Positions 26,850-40,719 of a stretch of 64,000 nucleotides of DNA are shown here, in pieces. This DNA comes from Octopus vulgaris (taxonomy: Eukaryota): assembly GCA_951406725.2 (NCBI GenBank), contig OX597823.1:15190001-15254000 (forward strand), read 5' to 3'. How positions within the stretch are numbered: position 1 is the stretch's first letter; every line of letters begins with the position of its first letter. Position numbers and translations under genes: made by a program. The notes beneath the pieces are model-generated. The model made no database searches. It saw only the letters and a program-made list of their open reading frames with translations, and had not been told where the DNA came from.

Positions 26850-27114
26850 AAAGATTAAAATATTTATATATACCAATTATGGACTGAACACGAAAAGTGG
26901 ACAGTCAACATGCTAGATATAGACGTCAAATCAATGATTTGAGAACATAATCTTTCGTGGAGAATGGCGATTTGACGTCTATATCTAGCATGTTGACTGT
27001 CCACTTTTCGTGTTCAGTCCTTAATTGGTATATATAAATATTATAATCTTCGGATTCTTTTTTTTATATGCTAGACCACTGGTTTTAATTGATAAATATC
27101 AATTTCTACCCTTA

Positions 27115-27123
<9 letters not shown>
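26850..27123 (+). mobile_element. Truncated copy of the 45341-46532 family with an inverted 5' arm, in aGPCR intron J-K
   Basis: GGACTGAACACGAAAAGTGGACAGTCAACATGCTAGATATAGACGTCAAATC is followed by its reverse complement, and the copy ends in (TA)n. Confidence 0.85.
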
Positions 27124-27174
<51 letters not shown>

Positions 27175-27424
27175 GGAATCTCAAGTCGAGGATGACGTAG
27201 GAATGTTCAGCTCTTTTTGCAGAACGACCTGCAGAGATAATTTGTTTAATTTGGTGTTGAAGTGATTGCATAGCAACATGAGATGAAGTGTTTTGCTCAA
27301 GAGCACAATGCACCACCCTACATAGAAATTGAAACCGCGATCTCATAACCACGAGTTCAAACAACCTAACTACTAAGCCATACATACATAGTGCACCTGA
27401 GCACTGTATACAATTTCTTTCATA

Positions 27425-27837
27425 TTACTCTTTTTACTCTTTTACTTGTTTCAGTCATTTGACTGCGGCCATGCTGGAGCACCGCCTTTAATCGAGCAAC
27501 TCGGGACTTATTCTTTTTGTAAGCCCAGTACTTAATTTATCCGTCACTTTTTGCCGAACCGCTAAGTAACGAGGACATAAACACACCAGCATCGGTTGTC
27601 AAGCAATGCTAGGGGGACAAACACAGACGCATAAACACACACACGCGTATATATATATATATATACGTATATACGACGGGCTTCTTTCAGTTTCCGTCTA
27701 CCAAATCCACTCACAAGGCTTTGGTCGGCCCGAGGCTATAGTAGAAGACACTTGCCCTAGGTGCCACGCAGTGGGACTGAACCCAGAACCATGTGGTTGG
27801 TTAGCAAGCTACTTACCACACAGCCACTCCTGCGCCT
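27425..27837 (-). mobile_element. SINE family 1
   Basis: Reverse complement of the family consensus. Confidence 0.9.
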
Positions 27838-28058
27838 ATTATACATTATATTATACATAAAACAAAAATTTCAATATCTGACTCCCTTTTCACTTTTTTT
27901 AATTAATTTCTATAAGATTCATCTCACGAAATCATTCTATTAAGTAAAAACCGAAATTAACTTAAAAGATTTAAATAATTAAAAACATGTCCATCTCTGA
28001 TAATTACCGTAAGCATCTGCCATAATTTCCTGTTCGAAATATCTTTCTATTTTTCTAG

Positions 28059-28453
28059 CTGCTGGTTATCCGAGATACCCTTTTCCGTTGCTTTCCTGAT
28101 TCCCATGGGACTTATTCTTCTCATTAGTCTCATCCTATTTCTTCTCATTATCGGACGCCTTTTCTCAATGAAAAAGGAGAAGCAATGTGAACGCAAAACA
28201 AGAAAATTTCGTCTTTTTGGTATCGTTAATGTGTTTTTCCTGTTTGGTGCTTCGTGGGCTTTAGCATACTATATCTTCTTTGGTGGAGCGGCCACCGTGT
28301 TTATATATATCTGTGCAATCTCCCATGCATTTCAAGGACTGTTCATTTTCATATACTATTGCGTGTGTGATAAAAATGCTCGAAGTGTTATCTGCTCGAA
28401 TTCATGTAATAAAAAGAAATATGTATTGAATAAAAATTCCCAGAACAACTCAG
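28059..28453 (+). CDS. aGPCR exon K (TM5-TM7, helix 8)
   Basis: tttctag|..|gtaagt, phase 2 to 1. CWLSEIPFSVAFLIPMGLILL...FFLFGASWALAY...HAFQGLFIFIYYCV. Confidence 0.95.
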
Positions 28454-28481
28454 GTAAGTGCAAATTCTACTTTCTTACTAT

Positions 28482-29035
28482 GGTTAATATCTAGATCCGC
28501 ACCCGGTGGGAAAAATGAGATCCGCACCCGGTGGGAAAAATGGAAACGAAAATGTGTAACAGTTGTAAGGCATCGTATATTGAAGGAATATGACGAAAAA
28601 AAAGCGCGCTGACAAACGGGGGGGGAGGGGGCTCGGAAAATTGCCTACGATTTAAAGAAAAATTTACCATCAATTTTCACCATTGTGTTTCTGATTCGCG
28701 ACCCCATGTCGAATTTATCGATTTTTTCAGAACTGGGGGAACTTTTCAAAATTTTCGCTGCGTTAGTTTTGAATTATGACATTGGGCTATGTGTGTGAAA
28801 TGCGTTTAAACACCTGTTACACATATTTTTTTCCATTTTTGCCTCTACGGTTGATCCTGGGAATTTCCCGAGCCCCCCCCCCCCCCCCCCCCGCCCCCCG
28901 TTTGTCAGCGCGCTTTTTTCCTGTCTTATTCCGTCAATATACGATGCCTTACAACTGTTACACATTTTCGTTTCCATTTTTCCCACCGGGTGCGGATCTC
29001 ATTTTTCCCACCGGGTGCGGATCTAGATATTAACC
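28482..29035. mobile_element. Foldback MITE with long TIRs (MULE- or hAT-like)
   Basis: ~150-bp TIRs starting GGTTAATATCTAGATCCGCACCCGGTGGG, with an 8-bp TSD CTTACTAT at 28474-28481 and 29036-29043. Confidence 0.9.
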
Positions 29036-29820
29036 CTTACTATACTACAACCCCAGTTGCTAAAACAACCACCAACACCGTCTTTGTCTTAATAGTCATC
29101 AGAAATATCACTCTTGTACCATCGGCACAAGTCATTATGGTCGTCTTCATAAATATCATTCCATCCCTACATCAGCTACCACTGTCATAAGGATCACCTT
29201 TACTGTCCATGGGAAGAACAAATTGCATATTATAGTGTACGCACTTTAATTTTAAAGAAGCGTAACCTCTCTGATCTAATCAAATATGGATTTATCGCAC
29301 TCACTTTGCAGTATATCAGCCGTTTCTCAAGCCAGATTTACTGTAAGAACCTATTAAGGTGCCCGGTTTAAGGTGGCCCCTATGGTTAGTTATTTGGGGA
29401 TAGAATATATTTTTGTCCTCTTCAAGACTAAAACATATTTTATCCCAAATAACTAACTATAGGCAAAGTTTAAGCAAGACTCTCAACGGGACTCTGCTCT
29501 CACATCTGGGTTGCTGCTACTGCTCTGACAGCCACCCAAGACTGCATCCAAAAGCAGGCCACTCAGTTGTTGCGTATGATGTCGTTTACCTTCACGCTTC
29601 ATCAGGTTCACAAAGTTGTTGTCGCCTTCATATCTGCCTTTTGTACCACTACTGCGATAGAGAAATCAGAAAGTGGCTACTGTAACAAAAATGGCTTTTC
29701 CATGGCCCCTGTTTCTCGGAGCAGGCTGGTGTTTGCCACTTCCACAAAATCAACTTTCTTCTAATCTTGCGATCCATAGTATCTTGATCAACTCAAGGCA
29801 ATCACTGATTTTTATACTAT

Positions 29821-30219
29821 TTTACTCTTTTACTCTCTTACTTGTTTCAGTCATTTGACCGTGGCCATGCTGGAGCATCGCCTTTAGTCGAGCAAATCGA
29901 CCCCAAGACTTTGTAAGCCTAGTACTTATTCTATCGGTCTTTTTTGCCGAACCGCTAAGTTACGGGGACGTAAACACACCAGAATCGGTTGTCAAGCGAT
30001 GTTGGGGTGACGAACACAGACACAAAAACATATATACACATACATATATATATACATATATACGACAGGCTTCTTTCAGTTTCCGTCTACCAAATCCACT
30101 CACAAGACTTTGGTCGGCCCGAGGCTATAGTAGAAGACACCCAAGATGCCACGCAGTAGGACCGAACCCGGAACCACGTGGCCGTTAAGCAAGCTACTTA
30201 CGACACAGCCACTCCTGCG

Positions 30220-30289
<70 letters not shown>

Positions 30290-30455
30290 TACAACGGGCG
30301 TCTTTCAGTTTCCGTCTACCAAATCCTCTCACAAGGCTTTGGTCGGCCCGAGGCTATAGAAGAAGACACTTGCCCAAGGTGCCACGCAGTAGGACTGAAC
30401 CCGGAACCATTTGGTTGGTAAGCAAGCTACTTGATACACGGACACTCCTACGCCT
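29821..30455 (-). mobile_element. SINE family 1, full copy plus an extra tandem 5' half
   Basis: 29821-30222 is a full copy, and 30290-30455 repeats the head after a (TA)n tract. Confidence 0.88.
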
Positions 30456-31694
30456 GTGTTGATTCCTTCCTCCTCTAACGTGACTTTTCTGGATCCCTCT
30501 CCCTACGCATTATTTTCAGTATTCGTACATGTTCAAGAGAACATAACGACATCAATACCATCGACATTTGTCATGGCGAAACCTCCGTGGGCTATGACGT
30601 GGCCTCTTGATTTAGATCAATACACACGCAAAAATAAAGCTCAACAATTCAACATCATCATATGGATGGATGGAAGCACTCCGTCGGTTACGACGACGAG
30701 GGTTCCGGGTGATCCGAATCAACGGAACAGCCTGCTCCTGAAATTAACGTGTAAGTGGTTGAGCACTCCACAGACACGTGCACCCTTAACGTAGTTCTCA
30801 GGGATATTCAGCGTGACACAGAGAGTGACAAGGCCGGCCCCTTGAAATACAGGTACAACAGAAACAGGAAGTAAGAGTGAGAGAAAGTTGTGGTGAAAGA
30901 GTACAGCAGGGATCACCACCATCCCCTGCCGGAACCTCGTGGAGCTTTTAGGTGTTTTCGCTCAATAAACACTCACAACGCTCGGTCTGGGAATCGAAAC
31001 CGCGATCCTACGACCGCGAGTCCGCTGCCCTAACCACTGGGCCATTGCGCCTCCACCAACAACATCATCATAACCATACTCTCATGATCATAATCAACAT
31101 CAATACTGGCATCATCGTCACACACACCGTTGTTGTAACCATCACCATCATCGCCGTCCTCGTCATCATTGTCATCGTCATCATCGTCGTCGTCGTCATC
31201 ATCATTGTTGTCATCATCAGCATCAACGTTGCTGACGTCGTCCACATCATAAATATCATCATTATTGTCTTATCCGTTCTGTTCCTAATCTGTTGATATA
31301 TATATGCCAGTATATATATACATATCAACTCTGGTTTGTACATTAGCAACTAGCATCGAGATGAATTAACTAACGTATAATTCAGGTAAATTAAGTATAT
31401 GCCTTATAGCCGGAGTGGTAAATAGTATCAGACATGAATGTGGCTATAATTAAATTTGTGTATGTGTGTGTGTAGACACATACTACACACACACACAACA
31501 CATATATGTATATGAGTCTAGGACATTTACCCCTCATGGACAACAGATGAGGATAACAGATGATGATTTAAAACTTCCAAATCTATAGGAGAGGGGGTAA
31601 TTAACCAAGGGGTGTGTAATTGTCCTAGGGTGTAGTTGTCGGTGGGAATTGTCCTATGGGGGGTGGGTAATTGTCCCAGGCGTAATTATCCTGA

Positions 31695-31749
<55 letters not shown>

Positions 31750-31910
31750 AGTAGTTGAATGAATTATCTTATTGTGGATAATTCGAATTAACCGATACCT
31801 GGGTAGCAAATTCACATCAGAAAAAACACGGTTGCAATTAGGAATATGCAGCCTTCGAAACATATGTCGAAAATAAAGGAATTTTGTTAATTCGTCGTTC
31901 AACTCCATTC

Positions 31911-31993
<83 letters not shown>

Positions 31994-32151
31994 CAGACAG
32001 ACAGATAGGGCGAGTAATCAATTCAGGGGTTTACATATTCAGGGTGTCAAATTAAGGCCACTTCCAAAAGGTACACATAATATTAGAAGTGAGACACGTT
32101 TTATTATAACAATGGGTTGATGTTTTAATGCATCACACACGCATACATACA

Positions 32152-32185
<34 letters not shown>

Positions 32186-32285
32186 CATACAATGGTAGAT
32201 ACGTATGGGCGTACATACATACATGCATACATACATACATAGATCACACGCACACATGTATGTATGTATATATGTATGTGTGTAA

Positions 32286-32320
<35 letters not shown>

Positions 32321-33102
32321 TGCGTGTATGTATGTACATATGTATGTATATCTGTATGTAAGTATATAAGCATGCTTCTATGTAACCGTGCTTCTATGTA
32401 TGTATATAATTGGGATGTAATCAAACCAATTTGGAAGTCATCAAAAAGTCAGAGGACTTGTTCATCGAATCAAATACAAATGAAGTCTTTAACAAATGGA
32501 TTTCCGTTCTATTCGTTCACAGCTACAATAAAAACAGATTGGAACCTCCGGTATAAAACCAACAAATTGAGCTGACAGGTAACTCCCGAAATATTCATCA
32601 GTAGCCACACAGAGCCTCTTCTCACCAAAGAACCTGTCTTTGCATACGACGATCATATTAGAGATTTGGACTGCAATCTGTCCAGAAGACTAATAAATCC
32701 AGCATTGACAGAATAAGTATGGCCATTGAATACACCCTTTATAAAAAAAAAAAATGATACTCCGATGTAAAAAAAAATCAAAGAAATAAACTTCACTTCT
32801 CTTTTTGATATTTTACAAACGAAGCAATTAAATGGTTTAAGGTAATCCCCGATAAGAGCATTTGTGACTGTTACATAGATCAAGGTACCTACTTAGTGAA
32901 ATGGAGTTTGGAGAGGAATTAGACGACGAAGGCATGTAGTGTGTAGTCGGTGATATTGATGGCTATAGGACGGAGGAAGAAGAGTTGACGTATAGTGGCG
33001 AACATGAGTTATTGGCTGATATCAGACGGCAAAGGATAACTTATATCAAATAAAATATTAACAAAATTCTAGATTATATCTATTTTCTCGTTTTACTTCC
33101 AG

Positions 33103-33179
33103 GTGAAAATCCTGATAATGAAACAGAAGGTGTGAAATATAGCAATTCAGAAGATAAAACAGCTGAAGTAAAGTTATAA
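33103..33179 (+). CDS. aGPCR terminal coding exon L
   Basis: ttttacttccag| acceptor whose phase 1 matches exon K. GENPDNETEGVKYSNSEDKTAEVKL*, followed by AT-rich UTR-like sequence. Confidence 0.75.
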
Positions 33180-33316
33180 AAGAATATTTTTAAAAATACC
33201 TTTGAGAATTATTTTCCATCGTTTGTTTAGTAACATAATTAAACATTTTTTCCCTTTATATAATGTGAAACTTATTTCTAAATATATACAAAATTATGCA
33301 AGTGAGAGCATGAATA

Positions 33317-33828
33317 TCGTAAATCCTCGAGTATGATCCGCATTTTTTCCCCAAAATTTAACGATCAAAATCCCTAGTGCGTACTATATACGAGGTTAAA
33401 AATGAAAATTATTTTCTAAGCAATGTCCGAGTCTCTATTTGCTGACCGGCAATGTTTATTCAGATGCAATTTGTGTCGGGCGTGAAAATACCTTAAGCTA
33501 AGCCTGAAAGCAATGAAGTCATAAAAGAATCATTCATAACTTACAGTAAGCAACGTTTATTATTAATCATTAATACTGTTATTTCTTTATTTTTTGCAAA
33601 CAAAATGCACAAAAAAGCTACACGTTTGCATTATGTTATATATACAATAATAATAAAGGACCTTACCGTATACAGTTTTACAAACCAATGACGTTATATA
33701 GACTTCCTTGACTCAAGTTAGAGAAGGGGTGCATATCATACACAAGGTTTACTTTTTTCAGAGGTACAGCCTCCAAAAATTCCACTGCGTATTATACTCA
33801 AGGGCGGACTATACTCGAGGATTTACGG
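33317..33828. mobile_element. Tc1/mariner-type MITE downstream of the aGPCR stop codon
   Basis: TIR (T/C)CGTAAATCCTCGAGTAT..TCCGC at both ends, flanked by TA. Confidence 0.85.
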
Positions 33829-34242
33829 TAATCGGCAATATGTATTTGCAAGATTCAATAAGTTATTTGTTGACTGAAGCATAAAAATATCTTATTTTGA
33901 AACATTATGTGCTAGTTGCCAATGTGATTATTAACCCATTCAATGAAATCTTTAAAATTAATAAAGGAATACGATTCATGTCCTGATTGTTGTTTCTGCA
34001 TATTCCGAACAATAAATTATAATATAACCGATTTAAATGTTGACTTCCTTGAATTACTATTGCTGTTGATGAGTTTTCATTGAATTTTTCCCAAGGATTT
34101 ATCAAAAGTATTGTGAAACTTTAAGCAACCAAACAATATCAGAGTCAAGTAATTGCTAAATTCCCTTATCTTGTTCTAACAGTGAAGTTAAATAAGTCTG
34201 CACTGGTGGTAAATATACCAGATCCATAGAAACCATATATAT

Positions 34243-34301
<59 letters not shown>

Positions 34302-34722
34302 TGTATGTATGTATGTATGTATATATATATATATTAAAACTGTTGTAATACTTACAACATTTAATAAAATGATGTAGCGTGAAACGATCGTACCAAATTA
34401 CCGAAGTTATTCTTGTTGCTTATTTTGAGTATATATATATATTCTTGCTGAACTAGTGGCAACATGAAATTATTTCATCTTCTTGCTCTGTAAAAATATT
34501 TAAGGAAAATTATATTAATATATTTCGTCTGTTAAAAATCCATATTTCTTGCAGCTGAAGATAGCGGTGTATTTAAATTGATGTAATGATTACATTGTTC
34601 AGTTAAATGGAGCCGCTTGAAACGGTTTACTGCATTACTGCTTGCCATTCTGATACTTAGTTTGATTATGTGTGTGTGTGTGTGTGTCTGTGTGTGTGTG
34701 TGTGTGTCTGTGTGTGTGTGTA

Positions 34723-34953
34723 GAGGCGCGTGGCTTAGTGGTTAGGGTGCCAGCATCATGATCGTAAGATTGTGGTTTCGATTCCTGGACCAGGCAACGC
34801 GTTGTGTTCTTGAACAAAACATTTCATTTTCACGTTGCTCCAGTCCACTCAGCTGACAAAAATGAGTAACGCTGCGATGGACTGGCGTCCCGTCCAGCTG
34901 CGGTACACATACGCCATTGAAACCGGAAAACCGGGCCCATGAATCTGGCTAGG
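34723..34953 (+). mobile_element. SINE family 3 (also -1-68, -22072-22409, -23322-23569, -25770-26050, -42025-42272, -53775-53880)
   Basis: tRNA-like head TGGCTTAGTGG..TTCGATTCC plus a conserved block GTTCTTGAGCAAAACACTTCATTTCACGTTGCTCCAGT. Confidence 0.85.
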
Positions 34954-35189
34954 CCATGACCTGGTGGTTAGAGCAGTGGACTCGTGGTCGAGGGATCGCG
35001 GATTCGAATCTCAGACCGGGTGATGTGTGTGTTTATGAGCGAAACACCTAAGCTCCACCCGGCTCCGGCAGAAGGTATTGGCGAACTTCTGCTGACTCTT
35101 TCGCCAACTTTCTCTCACAACTTTCTCTCAATCTTTTGTCCTGCATCTTGCAGCTCACCTGCCACGGACCGGCTGGAACATTACAACAG

Positions 35190-38100
35190 TCTTGTAATGT
35201 CGAGTCCAGGCTAATGTTGAGTCCAAATGCCTTGCAAGAAGTAGAAATACGATTCATAAGTATTTTCATGCCATCCACTGTATGAGTGACTAAGTCACAG
35301 TCATCTGCATAAAGAAGGTCATGAATAAGAGACTGGAAAACTTAAATTGGCAGCAAATCGGCGCAGATTAAAGAAGCAGCTAGAAGATCGATACTTGACA
35401 TATATTCCCAGAGAGCTAAGCTTAGCAAAAGCAGCAGCAAAGTACAAGGAAAAGGGAGTTGGTGCAAGGATGTCACACTGCTTGACACTATTCTGTACAA
35501 GAATGGGTCCCGCTATGCCACCACCAACATTGACCCAAGCCTCCATGCCATCATGAAAGGATTTAATTATAGATACAAAATTATCCGGACATCTACGTTT
35601 GCCAAGTATTTTCCATTGCAAGGCCCTATTCACAGCATCAAATACCTTTGTTAAATCAATGAATACCTGGACAAGATCCATATTCTGCTCATAGCACTTC
35701 TCCTGCATCTGTCTTGCCGTGAAAATTATATCCATTGTTCTTCTACCGGATCGGAAAGCGCATTGAGATTCAGATAGGACATCATTTACGAGACACCCAT
35801 TCAAGCGAGTAAGAAGAATATTTGCCAGAACCTTGCCAGCAGCTGATAGTAGAGCAACACCTCTGTAGTTACCATATGTTGTTCTAGCTCCTTTTCCTTT
35901 ATAGAGAGGAAGAATAATTGCATCTTTCCAGTCCTTAGGCATTGCACCATCCCTCCAGACTGCACTAATAAGTTCATGAAGAGACTGTATGATGTAATCA
36001 CCACCAAATCACAAGACTTCAGCACAAATTCCACCCTTTTCAGGTGCCCTACCAAGATTCAATTCACTTAATGATGTTATTACCTCATCTGTTGGGTCAT
36101 CCACAATTGACTCATGGTTTAGGAGTTCAGAGAAGTGTTCAATCCCGCGACCTGTGATTTCTGTTGATTTAGTAAACAGAGTAGAAGACTCCTTAGAAAG
36201 CAAAAGGTCTGATGCGGAGCTCTTAGGTCCATAAATTTGCTTCATAAGATGGTAAAGTCTCTTGCTGTCATTTGCCTCAGCAGCAGCCTGAACATCGCGA
36301 GCAGGATCCTCCCGCCAAATGTTCCGAACCTTCCTGAGAGATCGCTATAGTAGTGATTTTACACTGCTATAGTGGGCAAGTGCTAGATTTCGCTGCACAG
36401 CTGAAAGTCTTCTGTGCAGCAATATATTGTAGGCATGGCGCTTTACAACCAGTAGTCGTTGAACTTCAGCATCATTTTCATCAAACCAGTCTCTATGTCT
36501 GGCAGTAGCATATCCTAGTGTTTCAGCAGCACATTGAAGAACCTGGACTCGAAAATCTTTCCATGCTGCAGTATTTTCAATGCTGGACAAGTGAGTCTAA
36601 AGCTGTTTCCTCAACACAGCATCATATATCTTGTGGACATTCAGATGCCGAGGAACGCCGACTGGCCCTCTTCTCTCTTTCACTTTAATCATCATCCGGT
36701 ACTTTGCTCGCTCGCACCAGACTGTGGTCTGTCCAGCATTCCGATCCATGAAAGGGCTTGATATTACAAATGTCATAGATGACACGCTTGCGGATGATGA
36801 CATAATCCATGCCAAATTTTAGAGCTTGGATGCATCCACGTTGTCGTGTGATCACCTTTGTGCATAAAATGAGCGCTTGCGATGTAAAGTCCGTGATCAT
36901 CGCAAAGCACAAGCAGCATCAGACCATTGCTGTTCATTTTCCCTACACCAAAACGTCAGAATTGGAGATTTTCATAAGTATGACTCAGCTGGGTATAAAA
37001 AATAGTTTTATCTTCATCAAAGCTAGTCAAAGTAGGTGCATCGGCACTTAGAGTAGTAAACCGCCCACCGTTCAAGTGCAATCGTGGGGTCATTAGACGT
37101 TCATTTAAGGGAAGGGGAAGCTCTTCCAACTTCTTAAGGATATTTGATCGAACTGCAAAGCCAATACCAGCCTCTCTGTGCTCCTCCTTCTGCCTCCCCT
37201 TCCCAAAAAGATGCATTCACCTCCTACTTCCTCAAGCTGACTATCACCTTCTATACGAGTCTCTGAAAGTGCAGTTATATCAATGTTATAGCGGTTCATC
37301 TCGCGAGCAACAAGTGCAGTGCGTCTTTCAGGCCTACAATCACTCTTGTTATCTAACAGAGTGCGCACATTCCAACATGAAATGTTCAAGTTCCATTGAG
37401 GATTTTGTAAATAAATGTCTTTTTGATTTAGAGCGCAGGCTGGACATCCGTCTGTCGCGCTAAACTGACCAGATATAGATAACAGGCAATTTTTGGTTCA
37501 CCTTTTCTAGAACTTCCTCGGCCTTCGGTGAGCAGTGCCCTCTCCAAATGGAGCTGCTCAGACACCCATGCAACAACCGAATTCTACCGCTGTCTTGGGC
37601 GACAAGGAGAGGATTTCATATCTAGCATGGGCCGCCTACTTGCAGGTCACTGACTACATGCTTCCAACCCGTTAGGTCTGCATGCTTCACCACCTTCCCA
37701 TCGCCGCAGGACTTCTGAATAAAAAAAATATATATATACTAAAAGTAAATAAACATATAAATATATACTAAAAATAAAGATACATCTATACTGAAGATAA
37801 AATAAATATATATAGGGGGAAAAAGCAGCACATACCGAGCAGAGATCAACAATGCCTGTGCAGAATTTTAGGTTCAATAAGGCTTACATAACACGTCATA
37901 GACCTTCTCCATTTTATTGACATTATCCAGGGACAAGCCAGAGCAAGATGTCTGGTGTCAATATGAGTCGCAGGGTCAGGGATGTGGGAGCTCCATGAGC
38001 TCTAGCACAAGCAAAGATTCCCCAAATCACCAATGCCATTCACAGCATATCTGGTTTTATATCAGAGGAACCTTCTCCTAGAGACATGCTTCAAAAGACG

Positions 38101-38220
38101 CTGAGGGGTGCCTCACTCCCAGTGGTCCTTCAGCTCGCCGGACACCATCCCAGAATTTCTTCGTACCCGTACTATTGCTAGATAGCCGTTGAGCCTGCAC
38201 TAGGTTCATCTGACCTGTAT
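35190..38220 (-). mobile_element. Decayed RTE-clade LINE, 3' truncated
   Basis: APE: ISCWNVRTLLD..RPERRTALVAREMNRYNIDITALSETR. RT: PKDWKDAIILPLYKGKG..NYRGVALLS..FIDLTKVFDAVNR..LLYADD. Many stops and frameshifts. Confidence 0.93.
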
Positions 38221-38231
38221 ATATCTATCTA

Positions 38232-38276
<45 letters not shown>

Positions 38277-38325
38277 TGTGTGGTGACCATAGTTGGGAGC
38301 AGTTGTCTAAGCGACTGAGAAAGTA

Positions 38326-38329
<4 letters not shown>

Positions 38330-38359
<30 letters not shown>

Positions 38360-38514
38360 CATACATACATACATACATACATACACACATACATACATAC
38401 ATACATACATACATACATTCATACATACATACATACATACATACATACATACATACATACATACATACATACATACATACATACATACATACAATACATA
38501 CATACATACATACA

Positions 38515-38548
<34 letters not shown>

Positions 38549-39149
38549 CATACCTACATACATACATACATACATACATACATACGTATACATACATACA
38601 TACATACATACATACATACATACATACATACATACATACATACATACATACATACATACATACATACATACATACATACATACATACATACATACATACA
38701 TACATACATACATACATACATACATACATACATACATACATACATACATACATACATACATACATACATACATACATACATACATACATACATACATACA
38801 TACATACATACATACATACATACATACATACGTACATACATACATACATACATACATACGTACCTACATACATACATAAATACATACATACATACATACA
38901 TACATACATACATACATACATACATACGTACATACATACATACATACATACATACATACATACATACATACATACATACATACATACATACATACATACA
39001 TACATACATACTATACATACATACATACATACATACATACATACATACATACATACATACATACATACATACATACATACATACATACATACATAAATAC
39101 ATACATACATACATACATACATACATACATACATACATACATACATACA

Positions 39150-39181
<32 letters not shown>

Positions 39182-39451
39182 CATACATACATACATACAT
39201 ACATACATACATACATAAATACATACATACATACATACATACATACATACATACATACATAAATACATACATACATACATACATACATACATACATACAT
39301 ACATACATACATACATACATACATACATACATAAATACATACATACATACATACATACATACATACATACATACATACATACATACGTACATACATACAT
39401 ACATACATACATACATACGTACATACATACATACATACATACATACATACA
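38330..39451. repeat. (TACA)n microsatellite, ~1.1 kb
   Basis: Read directly from the sequence. It is the source of the YIHT/MYVC pseudo-ORFs. Confidence 0.98.
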
Positions 39452-39654
39452 TAGTCAATTCAAACAAGAACAAGCAAGAAAAAACAACAACGCGAGAACG
39501 AATGAATACTGTGTTATTGGACGGTCGGGAAAGGAAAGAAAAGACAGAGGATCTCACGTTTCGAGCGGAAAGTCTTCATCAGAAATATAGAAAAAGCCCA
39601 AAGAAGGGAAGATGGAGAAATAAAATCGCCAACAATACACACGCGGTTACATAA

Positions 39655-39694
<40 letters not shown>

Positions 39695-39699
39695 TATAT

Positions 39700-39776
<77 letters not shown>

Positions 39777-39899
39777 TTATATATATAACACATATATATA
39801 GAACGGGAAGCTTTATGAAAATAAACAAAAGACGAAGGCAGGTGGAGTACAAACAAACAATTGTATTAGTATGGCGCTCAGGAATATAAATAAAACAAG

Positions 39900-39937
39900 T
39901 CTTTTACGTTTCGAGCCTACGCTCTTCAACAGAAAGA
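39900..39937 (-). ncRNA. Variant minimal hammerhead motif
   Basis: Minus strand reads TCTTT-CTGTTGA-A-GAGC-gtag-GCTC-GAAA-C-GTA|AAAGA, with a core A6>U change. Confidence 0.55.
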
Positions 39938-40719
39938 TACACAGAAAAGAAACACGGAGAGAAACAAGGAGAGAAAAAAAATACGTGCAGAAGCTAGCTA
40001 TTCAACATGGCGAACTGATTCTGGCCAGAAGTCAGAGATCAAACGTGAGACGCAAGAGTGAAAATAGGGGAGATAACAGGGTCAAATGACTTCGCCCCAA
40101 CATAAGGGTGCGTGTGTGTATGAGGGAGTATGTGGTGCGTATGAAAGGTCTGGACATGTGTATGTATGTATGATGTGATGTGTAATGTCGTATGGTGTAG
40201 TGTAGAGAGGGGAGATGAGGGGGAGAGTGAGAGGGGAGGGGTGGAGAGGGGGAGGAGATGTGTGTGTGTATATGTATATATCGAAACCGCGATCCTACGA
40301 CCGCGAGTCCGCTGCCCTAACCACTGGGCCATCGCACCTCCACATTAGGTATATATATGCATATATATATATTCTTTTTTTCTTAATTCTTTAAAGTGAT
40401 TCAGCTTTAAAGCTGCAGTCATGCTGGGGCACGATCGTTGGCTGTGCTACACCATTATTTGAAATCTCCTCTATGTGGCATTTGGTGAACGAGAGAGTTT
40501 GATGCTGCTGCCCCCATCTGTGTTTCCTGTCGTGAGGTAGCCTAATCTGGAACCCTTGACAAGAGAAGACCCAATGGTGATATATATATATATATATATA
40601 ACTTTGAAAACGGGAGAAAATGATGGTCCTTTCGAGGGGAGGCATACTTCCTCAGCTGCTTAGACAACTGCTTCCAACTACGGTCACCACACAGTATAAA
40701 ATTAACGGTGGAACTCGAA

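Noticed and set aside
29560-29615. CTGATGAAGCG on the minus strand as a hammerhead core
   Set aside because: No paired stem II followed by GAAA. CTGATGAAAG at about 47415 was rejected for the same reason.
30952-31349. Hydrophobic or acidic low-complexity ORFs
   Set aside because: Degenerate (CAT/CGT)n trinucleotide repeat next to a SINE, with no splice context.
38225-39557. Long ORFs of 145-416 aa (MYVC/YIHT repeats)
   Set aside because: They are translations of the (TACA)n microsatellite. The same applies to the IYIY, THTH and LSIY ORFs throughout the window.
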